Shown here: in pieces, positions 38,595-47,529 of the stretch
Position numbering within the stretch: position 1 is the first letter of the stretch
How the letters are laid out: each line of letters begins with the position of its first letter
Position numbers and translations under genes: made by a program
Notes under the pieces: generated by a model
Told to the model about the DNA's origin: nothing
The model's database searches: none
Seen by the model: the letters and a program-made list of their open reading frames with translations, nothing else
From: a virus
IMG/VR virus record: IMGVR_UViG_3300023174_007844
Location: 16,399 to 80,398 of that record
DNA: 64,000 nucleotides
Direction: 5' to 3' (one strand)

Positions 38595-38624
38595 CCTTTC
38601 CCTTTTTTGTGATATAATAAAGTT

Positions 38625-38780
38625 ATGAACGAAACAATTTTATTTTCAATTTTATTTGCTTTAGTGGCAATAATCTTCGTCTTGTTATTTGTTGTAATTT
38701 TCCAATTGAAAAAAATGACAAAATCTTACGACAATAATTTTGAGTCTTTGAACAAAAAGACAGCTAAATTGGTGGAATAA
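38625..38780 (+). CDS. Small membrane protein
   Basis: Hand-translated 51 aa MNETILFSILFALVAIIFVLLFVVIF; TATAAT-N6-ATG. Confidence 0.55.
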   Translation: MNETILFSILFALVAIIFVLLFVVIFQLKKMTKSYDNNFESLNKKTAKLVE

Positions 38781-38783
38781 ATT

Positions 38784-38921
38784 ATGAGTATTACATTAGC
38801 ATCTTGGATATCGGCTGGCATTATAGTTGCATCATCTACGGCATTTACTCTTTATTTTAATTATCGCTTAGATAGATTGATAAAGATGCTTGACTCTATG
38901 ATTACTGACCGACCAGAATAA
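38784..38921 (+). CDS. Small membrane protein
   Basis: Hand-translated 45 aa MSITLASWISAGIIVASS. Confidence 0.5.
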   Translation: MSITLASWISAGIIVASSTAFTLYFNYRLDRLIKMLDSMITDRPE

Positions 38922-38937
38922 TTCGTATAATAATTTT

Positions 38938-39567
38938 ATGAAACTTAGTGATGTATTAGAAGAAGAATTTTTCTCTAGATCAAATTTAATTAATTATTTG
39001 ATTGGATTATATGGTTATAAGTCATATTTAGAGATTGGTGTCAATGATGGAATGAATTTTGAAAGGGTCAATTGTCCATATAAAGTTGGAGTAGATCCAG
39101 AAGACAGATATGACAAAATCACTTTCAATGTTACTTCAGATGAGTTTTTTGATCAGAATAAAGAAACATTTGATATTGTTTTTATTGATGGTTTGCATGT
39201 ATCAGGTCAAGTTATTAAGGATATCCGTAACAGCTTAGATATCTTGAATCCTAAAGGTACAATTGTGATGCATGATTGTCTTCCTGTAGCTGAGATAGTT
39301 CAAAGAGCAGAAAGAGAATCTCATCATTGGAATGGTGATGTTTGGAAAGCTTTTGCTCATTATAGGTCTGATCCAAATCTTACTATGTTTACGATTAGAA
39401 CTGATCAAGGTTTAGGTGTCATAAAAAAGGGCAAACAAGAACCATTTGACTTGCCTGAAACTTTAGATTTTGAATTTTATTCTAAAAACGTTATTAATCT
39501 GATGTCTGTTTTTGAAATTAGAGCTTCTCTTGATTTGATTGCTCAATTACATAAAAACAATTTTTAG
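38938..39567 (+). CDS. Class I SAM methyltransferase (Methyltransf_24-like)
   Basis: YLEIGV, TSDEFF, FDIVFIDGLH, IVMHDC, WNGDVWK. Confidence 0.85.
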   Translation: MKLSDVLEEEFFSRSNLINYLIGLYGYKSYLEIGVNDGMNFERVNCPYKVGVDPEDRYDKITFNVTSDEFFDQNKETFDIVFIDGLHVSGQVIKDIRNSLDILNPKGTIVMHDCLPVAEIVQRAERESHHWNGDVWKAFAHYRSDPNLTMFTIRTDQGLGVIKKGKQEPFDLPETLDFEFYSKNVINLMSVFEIRASLDLIAQLHKNNF

Positions 39568-39621
39568 TAAAGGCAAAAACGTTTACAATAATCAATAATA
39601 AAATAGTTTATAAATCAACTA

Positions 39622-39945
39622 TTGAAAGTGATTATTATGCGTCCCTTTGCCTTTAAACATCAGCAATATCTTTTAGAAGAGATATGCAAAAATACTACAA
39701 TTTTGCCCAATCATAAGTTTGTCAGCAGAAAACATTCAGGAGAATTTTCTGCTGTTTTAATCTATCCCAATGAAGCTAGAAAAATCTATTTAGAAGGTTT
39801 AGGTTTTAAGGTTTTTATTGATGAACATTATGACAAGAACCGACTTTTATTTAGTGATGAAAAATTATTAGAATGGTTCTTGGATGATAGCAAAATATAT
39901 CTAACTTTTGAATTTAGTTTGAAAAGCATCTATCTTATGAAGTAA
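39622..39945 (+). CDS. Hypothetical protein
   Basis: Preceded by AAAGG-N19-CAATAA. Confidence 0.55.
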   Translation: MKVIIMRPFAFKHQQYLLEEICKNTTILPNHKFVSRKHSGEFSAVLIYPNEARKIYLEGLGFKVFIDEHYDKNRLLFSDEKLLEWFLDDSKIYLTFEFSLKSIYLMK

Positions 39946-39977
39946 AATAATCCCATCGAATTCGATGGGATTATTTT
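39944..39977. terminator. Perfect 34-bp palindrome / terminator
   Basis: AAAATAATCCCATCGAA-TTCGATGGGATTATTTT. Confidence 0.75.
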
Positions 39978-39995
39978 TTTAAGGTAAAATAAATT

Positions 39996-40319
39996 ATGTC
40001 TGAACGAGAATGGGTTGATAAGATAAAAAAAGAATGTGTGTTAAATGTTGGTAATTTCGACACTAAATATGCAATTCAGTTAGTTGGGAGAAGTGGTAGT
40101 AAGATTGGTATTGTTTCTCTCAATAAGCAGTTTATGAGTGTTGATATAATTGACAAGCAAAAATATGAGCGGTTTTATGATCAATTTTACTCTAGAAATA
40201 ATAAAGAATCTCGTGCTCCATTAGTTATAGATTATCATATTGAACATTCTATAGGCAGGGCTGGATTTAAGGAATTGTGGGATTTTTTTTACAAGAAAGT
40301 TAAATCTAGGGTAAAATAA
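39996..40319 (+). CDS. Hypothetical protein
   Basis: TAAAAT-N5-ATG. Confidence 0.6.
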   Translation: MSEREWVDKIKKECVLNVGNFDTKYAIQLVGRSGSKIGIVSLNKQFMSVDIIDKQKYERFYDQFYSRNNKESRAPLVIDYHIEHSIGRAGFKELWDFFYKKVKSRVK

Positions 40320-40338
40320 AAATAGGAGAATTAATTTT

Positions 40339-40602
40339 ATGGATGCTGCAGATTGGATTGGTTTGATTTTAGGAATTCTACTTTCAGTTTGGGCTAATAA
40401 AAGAGGATATGCTTGGTGGGCTTTCATCTTAGCTAGTCCTATTGTTGGTGCTATTGCTTTAGGAATTTTGCCTAACTTAGCTGAGCCTGGAAAAGAGTTT
40501 GAAAATAAGGAAGAATTAGTAAGAAAAGGAAATACTACAGGAATGTGGATTTCTGGACTAACAATTGGCTTCCTAATGATTATTGGAGCTTTGAATAAAT
40601 AA
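40339..40602 (+). CDS. Small membrane protein
   Basis: AGGAG SD; three hydrophobic segments. Confidence 0.7.
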   Translation: MDAADWIGLILGILLSVWANKRGYAWWAFILASPIVGAIALGILPNLAEPGKEFENKEELVRKGNTTGMWISGLTIGFLMIIGALNK

Positions 40603-40628
40603 AAAAGGGGAGAATTTTCTCCCCTTTT

Positions 40629-41576
40629 TTATTGGTTTCTGTAGTAGTCTAAAAGTAATTTGACACTATCTTCCAAGGTGTACTTAGGTGTCCAATTTGT
40701 CTTTTCATAAAACTTGTCAACACTAGGAATTTGAAGAGTTACATCTACAGGCCTAAGTAAGTTTGGATCTTCTTTTGAAACAATTTTACAATTTGCTTGT
40801 TTCTTAAGTTCTTCAAGAAAATCCCCTACTCTTACAGGGACAGTTGAACCAATATTGTATGCTTCTCCAATTTCGCATTCTTTAGCAGCAATCCAATAAG
40901 CTTCAACAATATCTCTTACATCAAGCAAAGTTCTTACAGAGTCTAAGTTTCCATGATAGAGAACATCTTGTTTTCCACGTTCAATATCTACAATTTGTTT
41001 TGCAAATGCGCTGGAAAAAATATCTGGCCTTCTTGGATTTATATAGCCAAAAGCACGAGTAATTACACAAGGTATTTCATAAGATCTATAATATGACTTT
41101 ACTAATTTTTCTTGTGTTAATTTACTAATAGCATAAACATTTACTGGATCTATACTTTGAGATTCTTTGATTGGTACTTCATCTGGTCTTACTTGCCCAT
41201 ACACTTCAGAAGTACCACAAAATTGAATCATTGGTTTTTGATTTAAGATTCTTAATGCTTCTAATAAATTTAAGGTTCCATTTACATTATTATTGAAAAC
41301 AGAGCTTGGCGTAGTAAATGATAATTTTACATTTGCATTGGAAGCCAAGTGGAAAATGTAATCAGGTTTTGCTTCTTCGAGAGTTCTAATTAAGCTTCCA
41401 AGATCCGTCAAGTCACATTCAAACATTTTTATCTTAGAAAAAACTCCCGATTTGTTTTTTCTATCAGTATGCCATCTCGAAATACCTTGAATTTGAATAT
41501 CAGGTATTGTCGAAAGGTGTTCAGCTAAGTAAGTAGCTCCACTTCCATTGATTCCTGTAATGAGTGCGTTTTTCAT
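40629..41576 (-). CDS. GDP-mannose 4,6-dehydratase / RMD-like NAD-dependent epimerase
   Basis: LITGINGSG, PDYIFHLA, TSEVYG, YAISK, HGNLDSVR, LLRPVD; likely start MKNAL at 41576. Confidence 0.88.
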   Translation of the reverse strand: MKNALITGINGSGATYLAEHLSTIPDIQIQGISRWHTDRKNKSGVFSKIKMFECDLTDLGSLIRTLEEAKPDYIFHLASNANVKLSFTTPSSVFNNNVNGTLNLLEALRILNQKPMIQFCGTSEVYGQVRPDEVPIKESQSIDPVNVYAISKLTQEKLVKSYYRSYEIPCVITRAFGYINPRRPDIFSSAFAKQIVDIERGKQDVLYHGNLDSVRTLLDVRDIVEAYWIAAKECEIGEAYNIGSTVPVRVGDFLEELKKQANCKIVSKEDPNLLRPVDVTLQIPSVDKFYEKTNWTPKYTLEDSVKLLLDYYRNQ

Positions 41577-41599
41577 AAAGGTATTATACATTCCAAATT

Positions 41600-42007
41600 T
41601 TAGTCTTCAAATTGTTGATCATATCCATCTTCATCAGGCAAGAGAATATTCAAATCTTGGTCTGCTGAAAAATGACAATATGATAAATCTGAATGAGTAA
41701 TAAGTAATTTCATAAAGATTTGATAAATAGATGGATCAGTGCTATAAGGTGTAAAGTACTGTAAAACTTTATCATAATTAACAAGAATGAATGGTTTATC
41801 ATTCAAGCTAACAATATAAAATCTATTAAGTTTTGTTTCAACAAAATGTCCTTGTAAACCAGGGACATTTTTCTTTAACAGCTCCCAATCAGCACCAATA
41901 TTGTTATGAATTGAAAAGATATTTCTGCCAAAATCTCTTAATTTAAATATTTCTTCCACTGAGAATGAGGTTTTTCTAGGTAGGTTATAGATATCAATTA
42001 TTTTCAT
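41600..42007 (-). CDS. Hypothetical protein
   Basis: 135-aa ORF with upstream GGTATAAT. Confidence 0.6.
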   Translation of the reverse strand: MKIIDIYNLPRKTSFSVEEIFKLRDFGRNIFSIHNNIGADWELLKKNVPGLQGHFVETKLNRFYIVSLNDKPFILVNYDKVLQYFTPYSTDPSIYQIFMKLLITHSDLSYCHFSADQDLNILLPDEDGYDQQFED

Positions 42008-42046
42008 CTTACTTGCATTATACCTGATCTATGGTATGCTATTCCC

Positions 42047-42226
42047 ATGAAACACAAGATTACAATTATCGATGAAAACTTTGAAGAGAAAAGTCTTGAA
42101 ATGACTTATGCTCAATTGAAAGAATTGAATCGATGGTTAAACATATATTTAAACACTGGCAAAACAATCGAATATAAAATTGAAAAATCAAAGAAAAAAG
42201 TTGAAGTTGTTAGTGCACAGATGTAA
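42047..42226 (+). CDS. Small hypothetical protein
   Basis: Hand-translated 59 aa MKHKITIIDENF; TGGTATGCT-N6-ATG. Confidence 0.55.
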   Translation: MKHKITIIDENFEEKSLEMTYAQLKELNRWLNIYLNTGKTIEYKIEKSKKKVEVVSAQM

Positions 42227-42254
42227 AGTTGTGGTATAATTAGAGTGTTAATAA

Positions 42255-42327
42255 GCAACCGTAGCTCAGTGGATAGAGCAAATGCCTTCTAAGCATTTGG
42301 CCACAGGTTCGAGTCCTGTCGGTTGTA
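42255..42327 (+). tRNA. tRNA-Arg(TCT)
   Basis: GCAACCG/CGGTTGT, AATGC-CTTCTAA-GCATT, ACAGG-TTCGAGT-CCTGT. Confidence 0.95.
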
Positions 42328-42386
42328 TCAGAAAAATCTCATCCTAAACAGATGGGATTTTTCTTTTTAAACCAGAATAAATTATT

Positions 42387-42764
42387 ATGTGGTATCGAAT
42401 TTCAGCAAAGAAAAAAGTTAGCTTAGTTATTGTATTTAATGGCGATAAAGTTTTGTTAGGTGAAAAATTGTCTGGCTATGAAATTCCTGGCGGTCATGTT
42501 GATTATTTAGAAGATGAAAAAGATTGTGCCAGAAGAGAATTGGAAGAAGAAACTAACTTAAAGATATCTAAAATTAAACTTTTGCGCACTATGGATATGC
42601 CTGACAAAATTGTTTATGTTTATTACACTAATAATTATTCTGGTGATCTCTTAGCTGGAGATGATTTAGTAGGAGCAAGTTGGCATAAAATAAATGATTT
42701 GCCCAAAATAAAATTTAATGGTGCTGAATTAATTTCTGAAGCATACGAAAAAAGCTCCTCATAA
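42387..42764 (+). CDS. NUDIX hydrolase with MWY leader
   Basis: Nudix box GGHVDYLEDEKDCARRELEEETNL; MWYRISA. Confidence 0.9.
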   Translation: MWYRISAKKKVSLVIVFNGDKVLLGEKLSGYEIPGGHVDYLEDEKDCARRELEEETNLKISKIKLLRTMDMPDKIVYVYYTNNYSGDLLAGDDLVGASWHKINDLPKIKFNGAELISEAYEKSSS

Positions 42765-42778
42765 GGGAGCTTTTTTAT

Positions 42779-43795
42779 TTAGAATGAAATGTGTTTATAT
42801 CCAGATTGTTCTAGGAATCTTAGAAATTCTCTTCCGTCAAATCCTCTTTGTTGTCCTTCCCAAATGGTTTTTTCTATTAGTTTTTCTCGCCATTTTTTAT
42901 AATTAGGGCAATTCCAATCAAACCAATTATTTTCTAGTAATTTGAGATTAAGAACAGTTTGATTTACATTTGTTGAATAAGGAAATTTCCAAAACTTAAA
43001 TTCAGGGTTGTATTTTTCTTTTGTAGTATCAAAATATAATTGATTTCCAAGACAAGCCTGAGAAGCATCCAATAGATCGAATAAATCTTTATCTGCCCAA
43101 ATAATCATCCATAGTGCTTCATAACACCACCCAGAATATCCATTAGATTTATTAGGATCTTTTTCAATTAATTTCTTGAATTTTTCCTCTCTTGACAATC
43201 CTCTTAAGTAGGGGTGATACATGTCTATATCTTGAAATAAATAATCTGGTTTTTCAGCTTCTTCTAATAATTGAAATATCTTTTCATCTGTATTCCAATA
43301 AATTAAGTTTTCATAAAAAGAAATTGGTTTTTCTTGAATTTTTTCTCTAGATACATAAAAAATTTCACCAGGACCAAAACAATAAAGGTATTTACTAATA
43401 TTATTGTCATTAATAAAACCTAGTCCTAATTTGTGAGCTATTTCTCGAATGGGATTTAATCTAACCCAACTAGATGAAAATTGATTATAAATTGGTCGTG
43501 CATAACAAAAGGAACCATATCCAGCTGTTAGTGTGCTTTCGATAGCTAATAATGGTTCATGAACATGATCATCTGGAATAGCTTGAGAATAAATAACAAA
43601 ATCTGGCAAGTTGTTATAATTTTCAATAATCCATTTTATAAATATTGTTTGATTACTTGTATTCTTGTCTACACAAATATCATCTGGTTCTGGATTATTT
43701 CCAACATGAAAAACTGTTTTAGGGTATTTTAATTTATTGATGAAAATATCTCTATCTTCATTATTATGAATAATTATAAAGTGTTTATTTTGCAT
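42779..43795 (-). CDS. DUF3431-like protein
   Basis: KWIIENYNNLPDFVIYSQ, FYVSREKI, YEALW. Confidence 0.6.
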   Translation of the reverse strand: MQNKHFIIIHNNEDRDIFINKLKYPKTVFHVGNNPEPDDICVDKNTSNQTIFIKWIIENYNNLPDFVIYSQAIPDDHVHEPLLAIESTLTAGYGSFCYARPIYNQFSSSWVRLNPIREIAHKLGLGFINDNNISKYLYCFGPGEIFYVSREKIQEKPISFYENLIYWNTDEKIFQLLEEAEKPDYLFQDIDMYHPYLRGLSREEKFKKLIEKDPNKSNGYSGWCYEALWMIIWADKDLFDLLDASQACLGNQLYFDTTKEKYNPEFKFWKFPYSTNVNQTVLNLKLLENNWFDWNCPNYKKWREKLIEKTIWEGQQRGFDGREFLRFLEQSGYKHISF

Positions 43796-43959
43796 TTAAA
43801 TCCTCAAGTAAATTATACGCAGAAAAAAAATTTATTTTCTAGAATATAACACATGGAGGATATCTTAATGAAGGGAAAATTATCACCAACGGAGTTGACA
43901 ATTTGCATAATGACAATATTAACATTACTTGCAATTTTCATTCCAATATTTTTATTAGC

Positions 43960-44556
43960 ATGGTCAGGTTATTAATCGATTTATTACAAAAATTTTTTTC
44001 ATCTAATAGGCATTTCGGGAATATAAGAACAAAACACGAAACGTCTGCCCCTTTAGAATGGAAAGAAAGTTTTTGGGATAAACTTAAAAAAGACAAATTA
44101 TTTTCTCCAATAGATCTTAATAACAAAGAGCATTTCAAAGAAATAAGAATAAAGATAGGCAAGAAGTTTATTGTTCTTGCTATTAATATATTTTTGATAT
44201 CTTTCACATTCAATATTATTAAAGATTCTTACAACATAATTAGAGCAGATTATTTGTTAATGAATAGTTCAAAGATAGATTTTTCCAATGATTTGCCAGA
44301 AAATTTGAAAAAAGAAGAGCAAAACAAAATCGAATCTTTGAGCAATTATATAAAAAGAAAAGATTTAATAAATATTGCAAAAACTACAGCAGAATTATCT
44401 ATATATGCCAAATGGAAAGAGTATTTTATAAGTGATAGAAAACAAAAATTTATAAAGGAAAATCAAGATGCAATTAAGGGAAATATATTTTCTTTCTTAA
44501 ATAATTTATTTATTTTGTATTTGATATTGAAGAAAAAAATTACCCGTCAACAATAG
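43960..44556 (+). CDS. Membrane protein
   Basis: Two hydrophobic segments; likely start MVRLLI. Confidence 0.55.
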   Translation: MVRLLIDLLQKFFSSNRHFGNIRTKHETSAPLEWKESFWDKLKKDKLFSPIDLNNKEHFKEIRIKIGKKFIVLAINIFLISFTFNIIKDSYNIIRADYLLMNSSKIDFSNDLPENLKKEEQNKIESLSNYIKRKDLINIAKTTAELSIYAKWKEYFISDRKQKFIKENQDAIKGNIFSFLNNLFILYLILKKKITRQQ

Positions 44557-44911
44557 AATAAGAAATACAAGTGGTGGGTGATCCGAAACCTTGTAAATAT
44601 CTCACTTTCACTGATTCAACAAATCTGCTTGTATCATCAGGAATTATTTCAGCTCTTACTAATAGATCAACAATAGGTTTTACAATATTGTCTGGATCGC
44701 ATTTTAGTTTCCATTGAAGATCGGCAAGAATTAGAATTTCTATTTCAATTGGATAATTTGTTGCTGGTAATAAATTGTCTTTAATGATTGAAATGTTTTT
44801 ATCAATCCAATCATTATATTTTTTACTTTTCACCATTTTGCCACGAGCAATAGGCGCATACATTTTGTTTGCAGAGAAAGGTTCTTGGATAGTGCAAGAC
44901 TTTTTAAGCAT
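44540..44911 (-). CDS. rusA: RusA-like Holliday junction resolvase
   Basis: PFSANKMY, DPDNIVKPIVDLL, IIPDD; likely start MLKKS at 44911. Confidence 0.8.
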   Translation of the reverse strand: MLKKSCTIQEPFSANKMYAPIARGKMVKSKKYNDWIDKNISIIKDNLLPATNYPIEIEILILADLQWKLKCDPDNIVKPIVDLLVRAEIIPDDTSRFVESVKVRYLQGFGSPTTCISYSIVDG

Positions 44912-44961
44912 GAAGGTTTTATACAGAGCAAATGTGAAAGCCAGTATGGGGGTGGGAAAAA

Positions 44962-45552
44962 ATGGATACTTTTTTTTGTGAATTGGGCAGTGATAAGTAT
45001 ATAAGAGAAAATTTTTTTTCTGACTATCAATACAAAGGGACAATGGTTGAAGTTGGAGGGGGACATCCAGAATTATATTCAACATCAAAACATTGGATAG
45101 ACAATGGCTGGAGAGCGATCATTTTTGAACCACAACCTAAATTTTTTGAAATGCATAAAAATTTAAACAATGAAGTATATGATGTTGCAATTTCAAATGC
45201 TTGTGGTGAAGATATAGACTTTCATATTTGTAAAGATTCGATGGGTATGTCAGCTTCAGCTTTAGCACATAGAATTGGACAATACAATTTAGATCAAATA
45301 ATTAAAACTAACACTATAACTTTGGACAAAGCTTTAGATGTTATTGATGTAAATAAAATTGATATTGTAAATATAGATGTTGAAGGCTGGGAATTGGAAG
45401 TTATGCAGGGTTTTAGCCCAGAAAAATATAATTTTCCTCTTATTGTACTTGAAAACTTTACTAGAAGTTCTTCATATATAGAGTATATGGAAAAAATTGG
45501 TTATAAATTAATTTGGAATCTTGAATATAATTATTTATTCCAACATGAATAA
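44962..45552 (+). CDS. FkbM family methyltransferase
   Basis: VEVGG, FEPQP, TLD, IDVEGWELEVMQG, IVLEN. Confidence 0.88.
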   Translation: MDTFFCELGSDKYIRENFFSDYQYKGTMVEVGGGHPELYSTSKHWIDNGWRAIIFEPQPKFFEMHKNLNNEVYDVAISNACGEDIDFHICKDSMGMSASALAHRIGQYNLDQIIKTNTITLDKALDVIDVNKIDIVNIDVEGWELEVMQGFSPEKYNFPLIVLENFTRSSSYIEYMEKIGYKLIWNLEYNYLFQHE

Positions 45553-45593
45553 TAATTTTGTATTGATATAAGAATAAAGGATACTATTTCCTA

Positions 45594-46679
45594 ATGTGGT
45601 ATAAAATAGCCCAGCAATTGCAACTTCCTGGTTTAGATGTAGAGCAATCTTCACCAACAACAAGAGAAAAATCTAAGCCAAGAGAAGAATCACCAGAACT
45701 TTTAGAAACTCAAAAAAATCCTCAAAGTTTATTCTTTAGTGATTGGGCTAAAGGTCATTACGTGCCAGAAGAACCTGTCTATCACGGAACAACTCACGAA
45801 TTTGATAGATTTGATATTGACAAAGGTTCAATGAGTAATTATTTTGGTCCAGCATTTTATTTTACTAGTGATGAAGAAGATGCTTCAAAAAATTACACTG
45901 GTACTGGGCCTGATCAAGAAAGAAACATTGAAAATCTTCAATATAATTTGCTTGATCAATATGATGAAGACGAATATTATCTATGGAATTTATATAGTGA
46001 TGATCCAAGATATAGTAGAGAATTCAATGAAGACGGTAAACCATATAACCCAAGTTATCTAGCAGAAAAAATTGCCAGAGATACAATTTTAGGACCCAAT
46101 AAACCTAGAGTAATTCCTGCTCACGTTAGAATGAAAAACCCAATTCATCTAACTAGTTCACAGGATGCAGAACATCCAGAAAAAGTTTTCATTGATGATA
46201 TAGAAGGTAGTATGGACTTTTTAGGGAAAAGAATCAATCCTTCTGACAACCATAATTTGAGCACAGTTATATCAAAACTTCACAATATTATAGTGGACTA
46301 TTGGGATTATGATATTGCTAATGAAATTTGTGAAGAATTAGTGCAAGATAATTCTGTTGGATTTGATGAAGAAATTTCAGCCTCTTCATTGATCATGGAC
46401 CTAATTAAAAAATTAGAATTTTATGATAGTGATCAAGATACTCAGTTTAAAGGTGATATTGTCAAAAGATTTATTAATTCACTAGGACATGACAGTATTG
46501 TCATGGATCCTAATCAATTTTTCAGAATGTACTCTCAAAAGAAACCAATCAAACATTACATCACCTGGAATCCAGAAAACATTAAACACGCCAGAGAAAA
46601 TATAGAGTTTGATCCAAAAAATCCTGTTATCACTGCTAAGAGTGGTAAAATTAATTTATGGAAGAATTCTTTGCTGTAG
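45594..46679 (+). CDS. ADP-ribosyltransferase-like (ART-PolyVal type) protein with MWY leader
   Basis: VYHGT...FDRFD...FGPAFYFT...A..Y, MKNP, GHDSI. Confidence 0.65.
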   Translation: MWYKIAQQLQLPGLDVEQSSPTTREKSKPREESPELLETQKNPQSLFFSDWAKGHYVPEEPVYHGTTHEFDRFDIDKGSMSNYFGPAFYFTSDEEDASKNYTGTGPDQERNIENLQYNLLDQYDEDEYYLWNLYSDDPRYSREFNEDGKPYNPSYLAEKIARDTILGPNKPRVIPAHVRMKNPIHLTSSQDAEHPEKVFIDDIEGSMDFLGKRINPSDNHNLSTVISKLHNIIVDYWDYDIANEICEELVQDNSVGFDEEISASSLIMDLIKKLEFYDSDQDTQFKGDIVKRFINSLGHDSIVMDPNQFFRMYSQKKPIKHYITWNPENIKHARENIEFDPKNPVITAKSGKINLWKNSLL

Positions 46680-47020
46680 TTTTCATCGAATGTATGATGG
46701 AAAATAATAGATGTTTCTCTGACAAAGATTTTTATAAATTATTAAAAACCCAAAGACTAGATAAATCAAAAGTAAATTTCAATCAACTTATGCAAGCATT
46801 TTTAATTGAATTTGAATTTGATAATTATGAGATTTTAGACAATATATGGCAGCCTAAAGGATCATTTGTTTCTCATAAAGCAATTTGGAATATAATTGAT
46901 GAATTAGAGTTACATTTAGAAGTGGAAAATTCATTGGGTGGATTTTACGAAACAAGTTGTGATGTAGTACAGAAAATTAATAATTATCTTTGGTTATGCG
47001 AAAAAGAAGCCTCCCAATAA
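46658..47020 (+). CDS. Hypothetical protein
   Basis: 120-aa ORF. Confidence 0.55.
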   Translation: MEEFFAVVFIECMMENNRCFSDKDFYKLLKTQRLDKSKVNFNQLMQAFLIEFEFDNYEILDNIWQPKGSFVSHKAIWNIIDELELHLEVENSLGGFYETSCDVVQKINNYLWLCEKEASQ

Positions 47021-47055
47021 AGGGGGGCTTCTTTTTTTATAAGAAACTTATTGAT

Positions 47056-47520
47056 ATGTATGCTGAAAAACTCTTAAGGATAGCAAGTAAATTAGATAGC
47101 TTAGAACAGTATAAGTTAGCAGATAAATTTCTAAAACTTGCTCAAGATATGTCTGTTCCTTATTATGTATATCCCACTCAGCAAAAATATGATTATAGAA
47201 ACAGAATACCAATGAAACGAGATTTCACTGGCAAATCTACAACAGAAATAGATAATAAGTTTGGTCAGGATGCAAAAATATATTTACAACAATTAATAAA
47301 AGATCCATTATTATTTGACCATCCACAATCAAAAATAATGTTAGACACTATATTAAATGATCCTGACTATAAAATGAATCAATCCTCTTTAGTCAATATG
47401 GTTAATATATATCGAAATCATTATGAGCAACTAAATGACAATAGAAATGATATTCATGCAATTGCTGATTTGGAACCAGAATTACACAAGCACTTAGACA
47501 ATATGTTGAGTAAAACTTAG
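47056..47520 (+). CDS. Tagged hypothetical protein
   Basis: Likely start MYAEKLLRIASKLDSLEQYKLADKFLKLAQ at 47056. Confidence 0.7.
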   Translation: MYAEKLLRIASKLDSLEQYKLADKFLKLAQDMSVPYYVYPTQQKYDYRNRIPMKRDFTGKSTTEIDNKFGQDAKIYLQQLIKDPLLFDHPQSKIMLDTILNDPDYKMNQSSLVNMVNIYRNHYEQLNDNRNDIHAIADLEPELHKHLDNMLSKT

Positions 47521-47529
47521 GAAAACTTT

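Noticed and set aside
44540-45088. Apparent overlap of divergent RusA and FkbM ORFs (also 55115-55552 and 57555-57995 with neighbours)
   Set aside because: Artefact of longest-ORF start choice; downstream ATGs at 44911, 55354 and 57779 remove the overlaps.
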